DNA of 64,000 bases. Origin: Podarcis gaigeae. Its lineage: Eukaryota. The stretch lies in assembly GCA_964106915.2 (NCBI GenBank), contig OZ066915.1. The stretch is one strand, 5' to 3'. A program made the position numbers and the translations under genes. The notes beneath the pieces were generated by a model that saw only the letters and a program-made list of their open reading frames with translations, was not told the DNA's origin and did not search any database. Below, in pieces: positions 37,439-48,500 of this stretch (positions are counted from its first letter, which is position 1; the number at the start of each line of letters is the position of its first letter).

Positions 37439-40400
37439 CTAGAAACATATAGAGAGGAGTGACAAAAGCAGGGGTGGCTTTAGCTTGGGGCATTATCACA
37501 GGCATCTCACATCTTGCAGTTGACTTCATAAGAACATCTCATGTCCACTGTGTGTCAGGAACACCACCTTCAACTGCAGGGCTGCACCAGAGCAAATCCA
37601 ATATGGCGGCCAGCACCAATGCCACAACCCCTCAGCAAGTCCAAGGGCATTGTCACTTTGGAAGCAGGTCAACTGGTTTTGTATCATCCTTAATTCAAAC
37701 CAACAATACATGCTGCACAATCTGAGGTGTTGACTGGATTGCCCTTAGTTGGGTAAGGCCACAGGAAATGGCCTTTTGAAGTTTCCTAAGTGTCCAAGGA
37801 CAGTGTGGTGCAACAGGTAAGATTGCTGGATTCAGATCTAGGAGGCCTTTGACAGGAAATGGCATTCTAAGTGTCACAAGGCGCTGCTGAAATTTGAATG
37901 ATCCAAGTCCGCCCCAGTGTCGCTACTGAAAAGCTCATAAACCCTCCTTTGTATAGGAGCAGAGGCTGGGCAATTTCATTCATAAGCTTCAGTGCTTCTC
38001 CTTTGTCCACAATGCGAGTTAACTGTGGTTAACTCACTGATGAGAGGAAGACAATCTGCATGTGCTCAGAGGCAACCTTTCATTACTATTACTTGCCATG
38101 TTCAAGGAGTCTAGGCTGGTATTGAAAATAAAGACCAGAACTGAATGGCATAAACCAGTCCTTTCCCCTCAAATACTTGAATCCCTAGCCTGTATCCCTC
38201 TGGTTCTGCAGTTGTTAGCTTATGCTACCTCTCTCCAAGATCTACAGGGAAATTATGCAGGAATGCATAAGAGCCATCATACACTCAGTCAGAACTACTT
38301 TTTGTTCCTGAAATATTATTGCTGTTCAGATCAAAAAGCAGAAACTGACACCTGATCCTACACTTAATAAGAAAAAGGAAAAAAGCAGGAGCCCATGGAT
38401 TACAGCTGATTCTCCATCATGAAGACTTGCTTTTAGACATCGAAACAGCCTGAAAAGTAACACTCTGCTTCACTCAATTATACCATGTTGACTGAGAGAC
38501 TGGAAAGACTCACTCATGGAATCAGAGTACATATAAACCAAGAGGGAATATTTCACTGCAGTGAATTCCTTCTATTGAGATTCTGATGTAGAACAAAGAA
38601 TTACACTGGCCAGAAACAATTTCTATGCACATTTCAGAATAGACCAACCAAGTGCTGATTTTCCCAAAAGGTAAGAAAGCAAGTAGCTGGGTAAATTTTC
38701 TAGAATTCCTGCTATTGTACCTTTGTCAGGAATCCTAAATATTTCATTTTGCTGTTCACTGAATTCTTTTAAGTCTGGAGGTAAGAAATGGCTGGGCCCA
38801 GAGCCCAAAGCCTGGCCTCAAACCAATCATTAAGCCATGGAATGATGCTACAGTAAAGTGGTATCTTTTTTAGATCTGTACTTTGCACATGCACAGATGA
38901 TCTACAGTAATGAATCTATCATACCACTTTAAAACAGTTCATTATTTTGTGGAAGCTGGCTATATATCCAAATGCAGGCATTTAACATGCATGCAAGTTT
39001 TGCCCTATCTGGTCTTATGGGACACTAGCTGCTCTATGACTCTATGGAAATGTGAAATTAATGATGCTTACAACAATTCTAAATGGGTGCTTTGGAGCTG
39101 CACTGTTTTAAATGTTCTTCAGGGGCCGAAACAATAGCCCTGAGGTGTTCTCACATTGTTGTTTAGGTGCTAAACTGCCTCTTCACACATGAACCTATCA
39201 GGGCACAGCAATCATCAGAAAAACTTTGTTGTGTGCCTTCAACAAGAGAGGTGCGGAGGGTGGCAACATGAGAATGGGCCTTATGAGAAGGGTGGCTCCC
39301 CATTTGAGGAATGTTCTCCCCACACCTGGTACTATCACTGTCTGCTCCAGGTTCCAGGCTAAAAACATACACAAGATAAATACTGACCTTGACCAGTGGG
39401 GGAAAGTATTGTTTGTTGTTCTGCCTCAGGCAGAAAAATGTCTGGAGATGGCCTTGTGCAAACAGCTTTGTGCTTCTAACATAGGACCCTTTCCACTTAC
39501 CTTCTTTTGGTGGCAGTGGGAGAATAAAGCACCCCTCTTAGTCACACATTCATTTCAGCCATGGGATGCAGTCAAAGGGGAGGGGGTAGAACTAGCATTG
39601 TTCAAGGGGATGGGTTGGTTTCTGAGGTTTTAGAAGAGGCATGCGCTCAAGCACTGGAGAGTATAAGCAAAGCCAACCTCCTATGAGGAAAACGGAGATA
39701 CCCTCCACCTCCCACACTGTCCCCAATTTAAAACCATGTGGATACAGGCTTCACCATGATGCACCAGAAAACGATGACATGGCCACCTTCCAATTGGCAA
39801 TTACCAACTTCACAGAAAATACCCATATTGGGGTATAGTATTTGCTATTTTTCAGCAAGTACTTTCTGAATGCTGTATGGACAAACAGGCTGCCAGGCTG
39901 AGATGATGTCACCAGGATCAATTAGTGATACCTGCCAGGAAAGCATATAATGTCCAGGAAGACCAATCTTTGAACACTTGTAGCTAGATTAACTTGTGAT
40001 TTCCATCCTCATGAGAGTACTCTGTATCTGCCCATTTTTATGCTTAAAAAGTGGCATTTTTATGTCATGTGTTCAGTGCTTCGTTTCTTTCTTCTTTTTT
40101 TAAAGGGAGATGTTGGGGGTCAAGTCTGTTTGGAAACATCACTTTCTGTTCCAAAAGCTTTCCTTGCACCCCGCCCAACAATATTCCTGATGTGTGAAAA
40201 TACTCTGCAGTTATTCAGTAGCAAGGGAAAAGCACCCTGCATCTGGCTTAAGGGCACTTTCATTTAGCTTTACTTTTTGTATTCTGGGCTTGAAACTGTA
40301 GCTGAACTGCTGGCGGATGCTGTGGCTGAGTCCTGGCAGAACAAATAAAGCCCTGTACAGTAGTATCTTCATCCAGCATCTGCCAAGATAGTGACCAGAC

Positions 40401-42982
40401 AGATGGCAAGCAGTGGAGGTGAATGGAAAGGTCCAGAACAATCTATGTGAGCCATACACTAGCTTGTCATCAACTTTGTTGCATGCTTATTAAATACAAA
40501 AGGCAGAAAACGAAGCCCCACATTGGGCTGATCAGAGGCCACTGAAAATTAGCACAGAATAAATGTTACCCCCACCCCTGGAACTGGCCATAAGATGATG
40601 AAGAAATGTGCTTCATGGTGCACAGACTGTACGTAGAAAACTCTTTTTGTACACAATAATATAGGTCTAAGTGAAGGGGATAAATAGGATGTGAGATTCA
40701 ACATATAAAGGATGCATGCATTGTCTTGGTATTTTTCATGAAGAAAACGTTCATGTGCAAACCTTTTATCCTCCAATCTTCATTTTGCTACACAAATCAT
40801 ACTCACGGGAGATGGGCTCCTCTTCCCTTTCACAAGGACATCCTCTAGAACGTCCCACCGCACCATATTGCTCATCTCCTCTGGGGAAGGAAACTGGCTC
40901 AGCCTCTTCTCTAAGTCTTTCTACAGACAAACAAAAACATTAAAGAGGTCACACTTTATTCCCCATGAATAGTATGGAAGAGGCCATTGCAGCCACCTTC
41001 ATTTATTCTTCATTAGGAACCCTGGCTGTGGAGAGGTATCAGATGACTAGGATACATACCAGCGAAGAGCTAGTGGGTACATCAAACTATGGGACAACCC
41101 TTTTTGGAGAAGTGTCAACAGGGCGGGGATGGGAAGGTACTGAATGTTGCAACACACACAAACACACATGGGGATTAGCAGGTGCTGCTTGAACTAACCA
41201 GTGAGGGTACATCTTCAAGGCAGCTTCTGATGCTATGAATCTGATACATTAGCACAAAGCTGGGAGTACAGAAAATGAACAAATCATGTGCCAGCAAGTG
41301 GCTGGGTTCCCCTCTATGGACAAATTGAACACTGTATGCTAGTCTGAGACTGCAGATGTGCTGGAACAGGCAGGGTGGGGAAGTAGGCTTGGGACCAGTG
41401 TGGACAGAATTTGCCAATGCCTATTGACCATGACAATCTGATAGGTCACTGAATTTACATCTGGTCCTCTGCAAAACTAGCACACAGCAGGGAGAGGTTG
41501 TTATCTGCATGGAGACTGGTGTTCTGTAGAGGAGCTGTGTGGGAACATACCACTTCGTTATCCAAACTTATCTGATCACTTAAGCAAGTCTTCAGTCGAT
41601 CGTCAAATGCATGGGGGTCCAACTGCGAAAGGAAGAAAAAGATAATTTAGGATTTCCCCAGGCTGCTCAGGAATAATGTATGAGTGCAAACATGTTCTAA
41701 TATTGTAAAAGGAGCACTGCAAAAGTGAGCTTGTTTCCCCCACACTTTTGGAAAACAAGAGGTGAGCACCTGGGGAAAGGCTTGTAGGGAAAATAAAACT
41801 CAAGCACCTTTATGCATGCCCAGTTCACAGCAAATGCATAGCGCAGCGGGCCATTTTTCCTCCCAACAAGCCTTTGGGGACAGGAGCAAACATCACGTTT
41901 CCAAGAGAACAAAGAAACAAAAGCATAGCCCAGAAACCTGAATTGCTCTCATGGGATAGCCTCTGGGGATGTATCTGGGTATTCAATATTGCTCAAAAAT
42001 ACACAGTATTAAGCATAGCATCCCAGTGCCTGCTATGAATATGCCAGGTTGAGTTTTGGATTGCCAAGGCTGAGAATGACTTCTTCCAACACTTCCAGAC
42101 CTATGGCTAGGCCTGGGGCAAATAAGACACAATGACAATCAGCCCATTTCTTTAACAGTAGGTCTCCCCAATCATATATCAAAATGGGAGCGAAGTTCCA
42201 CTTTGACAAACACATTGAACATGTGGGTCAGACTGCTGAACCTCTCATCCTCTCAGTGTTGCTTTCCTCCTGAACTCAGAGGGGTTAGGTGGACCCAACA
42301 GGAAAAGTGGTTAAATAGAAGGAAATAAGGCGTGGACTAGTTTACCAATGCTAAGTGATCCTTGATTTTTTGTACTTCATCCTCTAAATTGGCTGTGGCT
42401 GCCTTCATTTTGCCAGCCTCATCTATTACATCCTGCAACAAAGATATGGCCTAGAATACAAAAAGAGATACAATATCAGTGAAAGGAATGAATGCATGGA
42501 CTCCTCTAAATATCAGCCTAAATATAATTTCCAACTGACAAGAAGCTACCATGTGTTTCCTAATGTCTCTGACTGCCAAAGACAGAAGACATGCTGTAGG
42601 AAACTTATTTTCAGGTCTTACAGAGCCCATTCCCACTTTACTCTAAGCAGCCTACACTGGAGAGGAGCTGTTTCCCCAGGATAAACTACATCCAAAAGAG
42701 GAAAAGAGGGAACAGCATCAATATAGCCCCCCAAAAGCCCACCACCTACTGCAAGGTGGTAGGATAGAACATACTGAGCAAGGGCAAGGGGGACCTCCAA
42801 CAATTTTTTGATGTCCAATATGTTTTAACCATTTGCTTTTCTGCAGAGGCAACAATATTTTTCTAAACTTCAGTATAAGAAAGTCAACTATCTTCAAGCA
42901 GGTACAAACTCTTTATCTTGAAATTCAGATATTATTGCCTTTGAAAGAGTGCTGATGCACAGGAACACCTTAGGCGTCTAAA

Positions 42983-43160
42983 ATAGGGCTACCATACATC
43001 TGGGATTTAAAAGGCAGAATTGACATCCAGGGGGATTTCTGAAAGGCGCCGCTTTGTTCTGGCAAGTCATTAAAAAAAGATTGTGTTTCTTTGGCGTTTT
43101 TGTAGAAAAACAACTTTCAGGGGGACCTGGTTCTTACTTTTTGAAATATGGGAACGCTAT
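42983..43160. mobile_element. Degenerate DNA-transposon MITE (TAGGGTTGCCA-type ends); a related right end lies at about 290-358
   Basis: Both sites share CAACTTTCAGGG...TTACTTTTTGAAATATGG.AAC.CTA. Confidence 0.55.
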
Positions 43161-43554
43161 CTATAACACTTGTCAGATCCTATCCCAGCACCTTCAGATT
43201 TGCACACAAACACCCAGACTAGATCTGTACTCCAGGAGTATCATAGGGGATTGGCATTAGACATCTGACTATAGTCTGGAGCCTTCTGGTCCTGACCACT
43301 ACTGCCCATTCAGCCTTGCTCTCCAAGTGAGTAAAGTAAGGAGAAATAGCAGTAACTTCCACAAGCTTTCTCTTGTCCCTCTGGGAAGTAGTGCAGATTA
43401 GGTTCCAGAGGAAGAGACAAGTGAATGGGCAGTGGTAAGCAGGAAGTGGCTGTCATCAGAGATCTTGCCCAAGCCCTTCCAAAAATAAAACCTAGAACCA
43501 GGACAGCTTTCCAGCAGGACTGCTACACTTCCCTTAAACAGCTTATTAGCCTCA

Positions 43555-43579
43555 TAGGGTTAGGGTTAGGGTTAGGGTT
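43555..43579 (+). repeat. Short interstitial telomeric repeat, (TAGGGT)4
   Basis: Read directly: TAGGGTTAGGGTTAGGGTTAGGGTT. Confidence 0.9.
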
Positions 43580-46500
43580 GATGTGGTTGTTGCGGAATAA
43601 AGATACTGGTTTTCTTCAACCCTGCTTCCTCCCTAAATAGTTTACCTGCCTCAAGTTGTATGTGCCTCTTGATTCTGGTGTTATGAAGAGTCACATTTAG
43701 CTATTCCCTATGTACTTCCATGTACTTAAAGTCATGCATAAGGAAAACAGTATAGCTTTCAGTTGCACCACAGGAAATGTATTAGAAAGTTGGTTTGCAG
43801 CCAGAAGAAAACCCAACACAGCAGTCTTAAGATTCCAGTAGGATTATGTGGATGGTGGGGTGTTTGTGGAAATAGTCAGCTAGCTTGCTCACAAGGACAT
43901 GAACAGAATAAAGGCAACATTCTCAAAGTAAGTTTCTACTTCTCCTGTTTGGCTACAAAAACAAACCAACCATAAAATGTGCTTGCAATATGTGCTGTCA
44001 TTAATGTCCCTCAAGTTCATTCACACACATGTCCACATTGAGGTGCTTTTATGTCTTGACTAATCTGTTAAGGCCTAGGCAATGAATCATCTACTAAGGG
44101 AAATAATCAAGTCTCTGTCTTGCTTTGTTGTGGAAGCCTCCCCAAATAGGAAACCAGGAAATAGTAGTTCAAATTCACTAAATGATTACATTTCCTACCA
44201 CCCTCTTCAATGCACTAGACACCAGGAGGTTAGTTGAAAATCAGAACAGCAGCTATCTCACTAAGAATTCAAGTATAGACTTGTCCCAGGCCTTTGCCAG
44301 ATGCGACTGGACATAACAATTTGCTGCTCATTAACTCATAGGCAGTTTCACACAGAGCTTGCCCTGTCATCACTATCCACTCTGAATCTGGAGTACTTAT
44401 GAGCATGTACTTATTGCTATAGCTCGCCTCACAGACTAGTAGGGGTATGTTGTCTGGGGCGACTCTATACTGCAAAATGATTCTGTTCCTCTTATCTAAT
44501 GAAACATAGAAATCTAATAAATATTATATACACTGATTAATTCAATTTAATATACCACTTTTGAGTTGACTCTCACAAAGCAGTTTACGTTAAAATCTTA
44601 AAACAAGAGGCAGCAATTAAATCTATAGAATAAGCCAGCCAAGATAATCTACAAGAGGGATATTTTTTGAAAGCTACATCTCCCCTTCCCACAGGTAAAG
44701 AGGTTCTTTGAGTAGCCCTGGGGTGGCGATTAAGGGAGCGAGAGGTCACCTCAACTCCACTACTGGGAACCAGGTTGTAGGCAGCTCTCCAGGCCAGTTT
44801 GTCTTTAGTCTCTCCTCCCTTCAGGGCAAGATGGTCCTCAGAAAGCCCCATAGTGGAGGATAGTAGAGATGGAAACCACCTCACTCACTCTCAAATGTCT
44901 GTATGTGAGTGTATGTCCGTGCCCAGAAGGACTGGAATTCAGTCCCAGATGGCGAAAACGGAAAGTGGAGCCTTTAGGGCTCCCAGCGGGGGCTGGAGCT
45001 CATCACACACACACACACATACACACACCACGTCTCCTACCAAAACTGCATTCATATTAATTTGTTATCAACACTCTACAAATGATAACCAGACCTAACT
45101 AACTGGAAGGCTGCCTGATTTAAGACATCCTGGTGTGCATCAAGAGATGGCTAGAACTAACAGGCCAAAGCCAGGCCAAGACATTTTGTTGCCTGAGGTG
45201 AGGGAGAAGATGGTGCTCCCCTTTTCCACATACAAAGGTTATTCAACTGGCGGCTGAAACTTACTCCAGTGCTGGTTGACAGAGACAGCAGCAGCATCCT
45301 GAGAGCAGCAGGTTAGCTTAGGGGGCACAGGGCAGACTGAATGGCAGGACTGGGGGGTGTCGTTACTGCCCTCAACAGCTCCCTCACTCTGCCACAGAGG
45401 TGGAGAAGCTCAGGCTCAGGGACCAAATATGGCCTTCTAGAATTCACTGTCTGGTCCTCAGGACTCTCTCCATGCCACACCCTTTCTCCCTAGGCACCAA
45501 CCCTCCCTGCCCCTGCCGTGCTCCTTCCTTGACTGTTTTTGCCTTGCTGGTCTGTGTCCTTGAACTCTGATAATGCCTCTTGCTTGCCTGGATAGAAAGG
45601 ATAGAGAAGAGTGTGGGAGCATGTGTAGAAACTAGTCTACTGTACAAAGATAAGATTTACATGAATTGCTCCACCAACATTTTGTTCTGGACTGGTCCCA
45701 CCCACTAGTGGCATGTGGCTCCTGGAAGACTGCCCAGATAGGAATGTGGCCCTTAGGCTGAAAAATATTCCATGTCTCTGCTCTATTTAATGTTATTCCT
45801 ATGCACGGAATACAGGGAACGGACTCCTGCCCACCCAGCTGGGGTCTCAGCACAAGCCAGAATAAGCCAGCTTCTAAATAGCAAGAGATGAGTCTCTACA
45901 TGTCCAGCTCACTGGAGCATCTAGAACTAATGGAAACTTAAGGAATGCAAGATATTTCAACTGCTCCTGCAGTTGCCTGTTGCAAAGCTTAGCTCTGCTG
46001 GGAGCCAATCTTGGCATAGCATACCTCACAGTTCACAAACTGAGCTGCCTTTGGTTCACCAATTCTAATGCAGGGGGAAATGTTGAGGGCAGAGGGTGGG
46101 GGCACACAGTGTTACTGGCATCCATCCAGTTTTCCACTTTAACCAGTCCCAGTGCTCCTTTGACAGGTAAATCAATGCCTGTCTGGTGTAACTTAGCAAA
46201 TCCTCTGGATTTCTCAGAACTTTAGCAAAACAGTGATTTCTCTGTTGCCAATGACTTTACGAAGCACTACAAGTAACAAAAGCTTTGGCATGCACTGTTT
46301 TTGAAATGTATGAACCAGCATTTGACTAATCAGTTGCTTGAAAGAGTATTCAAACTCTTAAGTCAAAAACGTAAAACAGGAATTAATACTAATTCTGGAA
46401 ATTTGGAGGAGGTGAAGCTTGTATTGACAAGGTACCTAGATGTAAATACCAAGTGCATATTTGATGCATTTTCTTAAGGGTTAAGAAATGATTCCATGGG

Positions 46501-46965
46501 GAAACATTTAATTATGCTTCTGTTCATTATTCCAGGATGCATCACCTCCAAGGAGGAATACGTGTGAAGCTTCAGGCACTGCCGAGATCTGCACAACAGA
46601 TCTAGAATCACGGTGCAGCAGATTATGGTGTTTGCCAACACAACATAACAATGCATAATAGTTCTCTTTGTCTCTTCACTCCAACACAAGCTGACAGTTA
46701 AACATCTTTGGGGCGGGGTGGAACTTTCAGAAAGGAATGATTGACAGCTTGCTGTACTGTATCCCTGCAGCGAGCTAGGCCTTTAAAGGAAAAAACCCAA
46801 ACCAAAACAGTCTGCATGCCCTTCATGCCTCCTTCAAAAACTAGTCTAAAATTAATATTGTCCGCAATCGCTATAAAGGGCACTCTTAACTCAATTCCGA
46901 TGTAACCTTTGCATGCCCCTAAAATTTCAACAATCTGGGTGTTGTTTTTTTAATCATTCACATAC

Positions 46966-47724
46966 CTTGTTGATGCCCTCTTCGTTGGCTTCAACTTTCT
47001 TCTGCAACTGCATCGCTTGCCATAGATCGGCCACAGAGCCACTCCTGGCTTTGTCCATCAAGTCGGTACCAGAAGGCAGCTTCTCTAGGCCAGACATTTG
47101 CTGTTCAAACCCTTTGACCCGCTTTCCCAACCCCTGCACTTTCCCCTGGACTCCCTGCACTTGATCTTGCATTCCTTGGACCTGATCTTCCACCCCTTGC
47201 ACCTGATCTGCCATCCCTTGGAGGTTAGCCTGCAGCGCGAACATTTTATTTTCCAAGTCGTCAAGGCGAGATTCTATGTCTTTGTCTGAAACCCCCTTTT
47301 CCTTCCTGGGCCTGCCTTCTTTGCCTTCTTTGCCTTCCTTGCCCTCCAGGCCTTCTTTGCCTTCCTTGCCCTCCAGGCCTTCTTTGCCTTCTTTGCCTTC
47401 CTTGCCCACCAAGCCTTCCTTGCCTTCCTTGCCTGCCCTGCCTGCCTTGCCTTCCCGGCCCTCCTTGCCTGCCCTGCCATCCTTGCCCTTCAGTAACTCT
47501 TCATCGGACAGTATCTCCCCAACCCCTGTCTCAATAGCCTCCGGCATGTCTGGCTTGGGTGGCGGGCCCCGATCCACCTTGACCTCCGCCATGGCATCCT
47601 GGATTTTGAGGTACCTGAGGATGGCATGGAGGAGGGTGTGAAGGGCATTGAAATTGACATGGCCAACCTCAGGAGTCCCTATGGAGATGTCCGCCAACTC
47701 GTACAAGGTGACTTTCAGAGACAT
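46966..47724 (-). CDS. QRICH2: QRICH2 coding exon 1: MSLKVTLYELADISIGTPEVGHVNFNALHTLLHAIL...VEANEEGINK, 253 codons; contains a Gly-X-Y repeat and a heptad repeat
   Basis: ATG at 47724. The N-terminus matches the recalled QRICH2/C16orf96-family motif (L.ELAD.aIGTPEVG.VNF.ALHTL). Donor AAG|GTATGT, phase 0. A possible upstream acceptor (TAAG|GCAG) would start the exon at 47774. Confidence 0.9.
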
Positions 47725-47989
47725 GTCTGCACCCCTTTCGACCCACCCTTCGCTTTGCGACAACTGCCAGCTGCCTTATTTAAGAAAAATAAAATAAAAT
47801 CTTCTTCTAAGAAATAACAAAAAAAAAAACCCCGTCCTAATCTTTTATTAACCCCTATGAAAATATAACGCTGGGATGGGAAGGCAGTTCAATAAATAAA
47901 AGCTCTTCCCTTTTTTTTTAACAAGGAATATATGTCTGGAGTATTTTTATTTTTTTAAAGCCTAATTTATTGTAAGCCCATTCCCAAAA

Positions 47990-48500
47990 GTGAGCAGGCT
48001 CGCGCCCTAAAGGGATGAGCAGCGCTTCTATCTCGCATTATCTTTTTGCTCTATTTGCCTATCCTTCTCCCACCGGCCCCCTCAAAACGACCACCTCTAT
48101 TTAAAGGGCTTTTTCAAAGCTCCCCTCAGCCTAGGCGGCACCCGCCCCCAACGCAGCTCGCAGCTCGGGCGAGCGACGGACTGAAGAGCAGCTCCCCGCC
48201 GAAGCTCGGAAGAGACAGCGCCTCCGCCGCGGACAATCCGGCCCCGTTCGAATCCTTGCGTTCCATTGGTTGCCTCACAAACCTTCTCGTTCCAGGATTG
48301 GCTTCCAGAACTGCTCATGTGCTTTTGTTTACCTCGCCGGCTGCCGGCTGATTGCGAGCCGGCGTTTGTGGTTGCTACGCGACAGGGGTGACCGCCCTCC
48401 GCCGTTCCGGGACTCGCGGCGCCGCGCGAATTATGACTCCGCGCGCTCCCCCCGCCCTTGCTAGGCAGAGAGGAATGGGCGGGAGCCGAAGGAATCGGGG
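47990..48500 (-). promoter_or_regulatory. CpG island / QRICH2 promoter with RFX X-box-like motifs (48371-48383, 48457-48469), a GC box and two CCAAT boxes; possible non-coding first exon ending at 48333 (GAG|GTAAAC)
   Basis: Dense CpG and high GC against a CpG-depleted background, about 300-700 bp upstream of the QRICH2 ATG. Confidence 0.7.

Noticed and set aside
36145-37462. Long alternative-frame and antisense ORFs (391, 304 and 268 aa) over the repeat exon
   Set aside because: They are by-products of a GC-rich codon-periodic repeat that lacks stops. Only the PGAPGAY frame splices in phase with the flanking QRICH2 exons.
47274-47641. (SLP)n antisense ORF and a Lys/Ala-rich histone-H1-like alternative frame
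   Set aside because: These are shadow frames of the GKE 9-nt repeat in QRICH2 exon 1.
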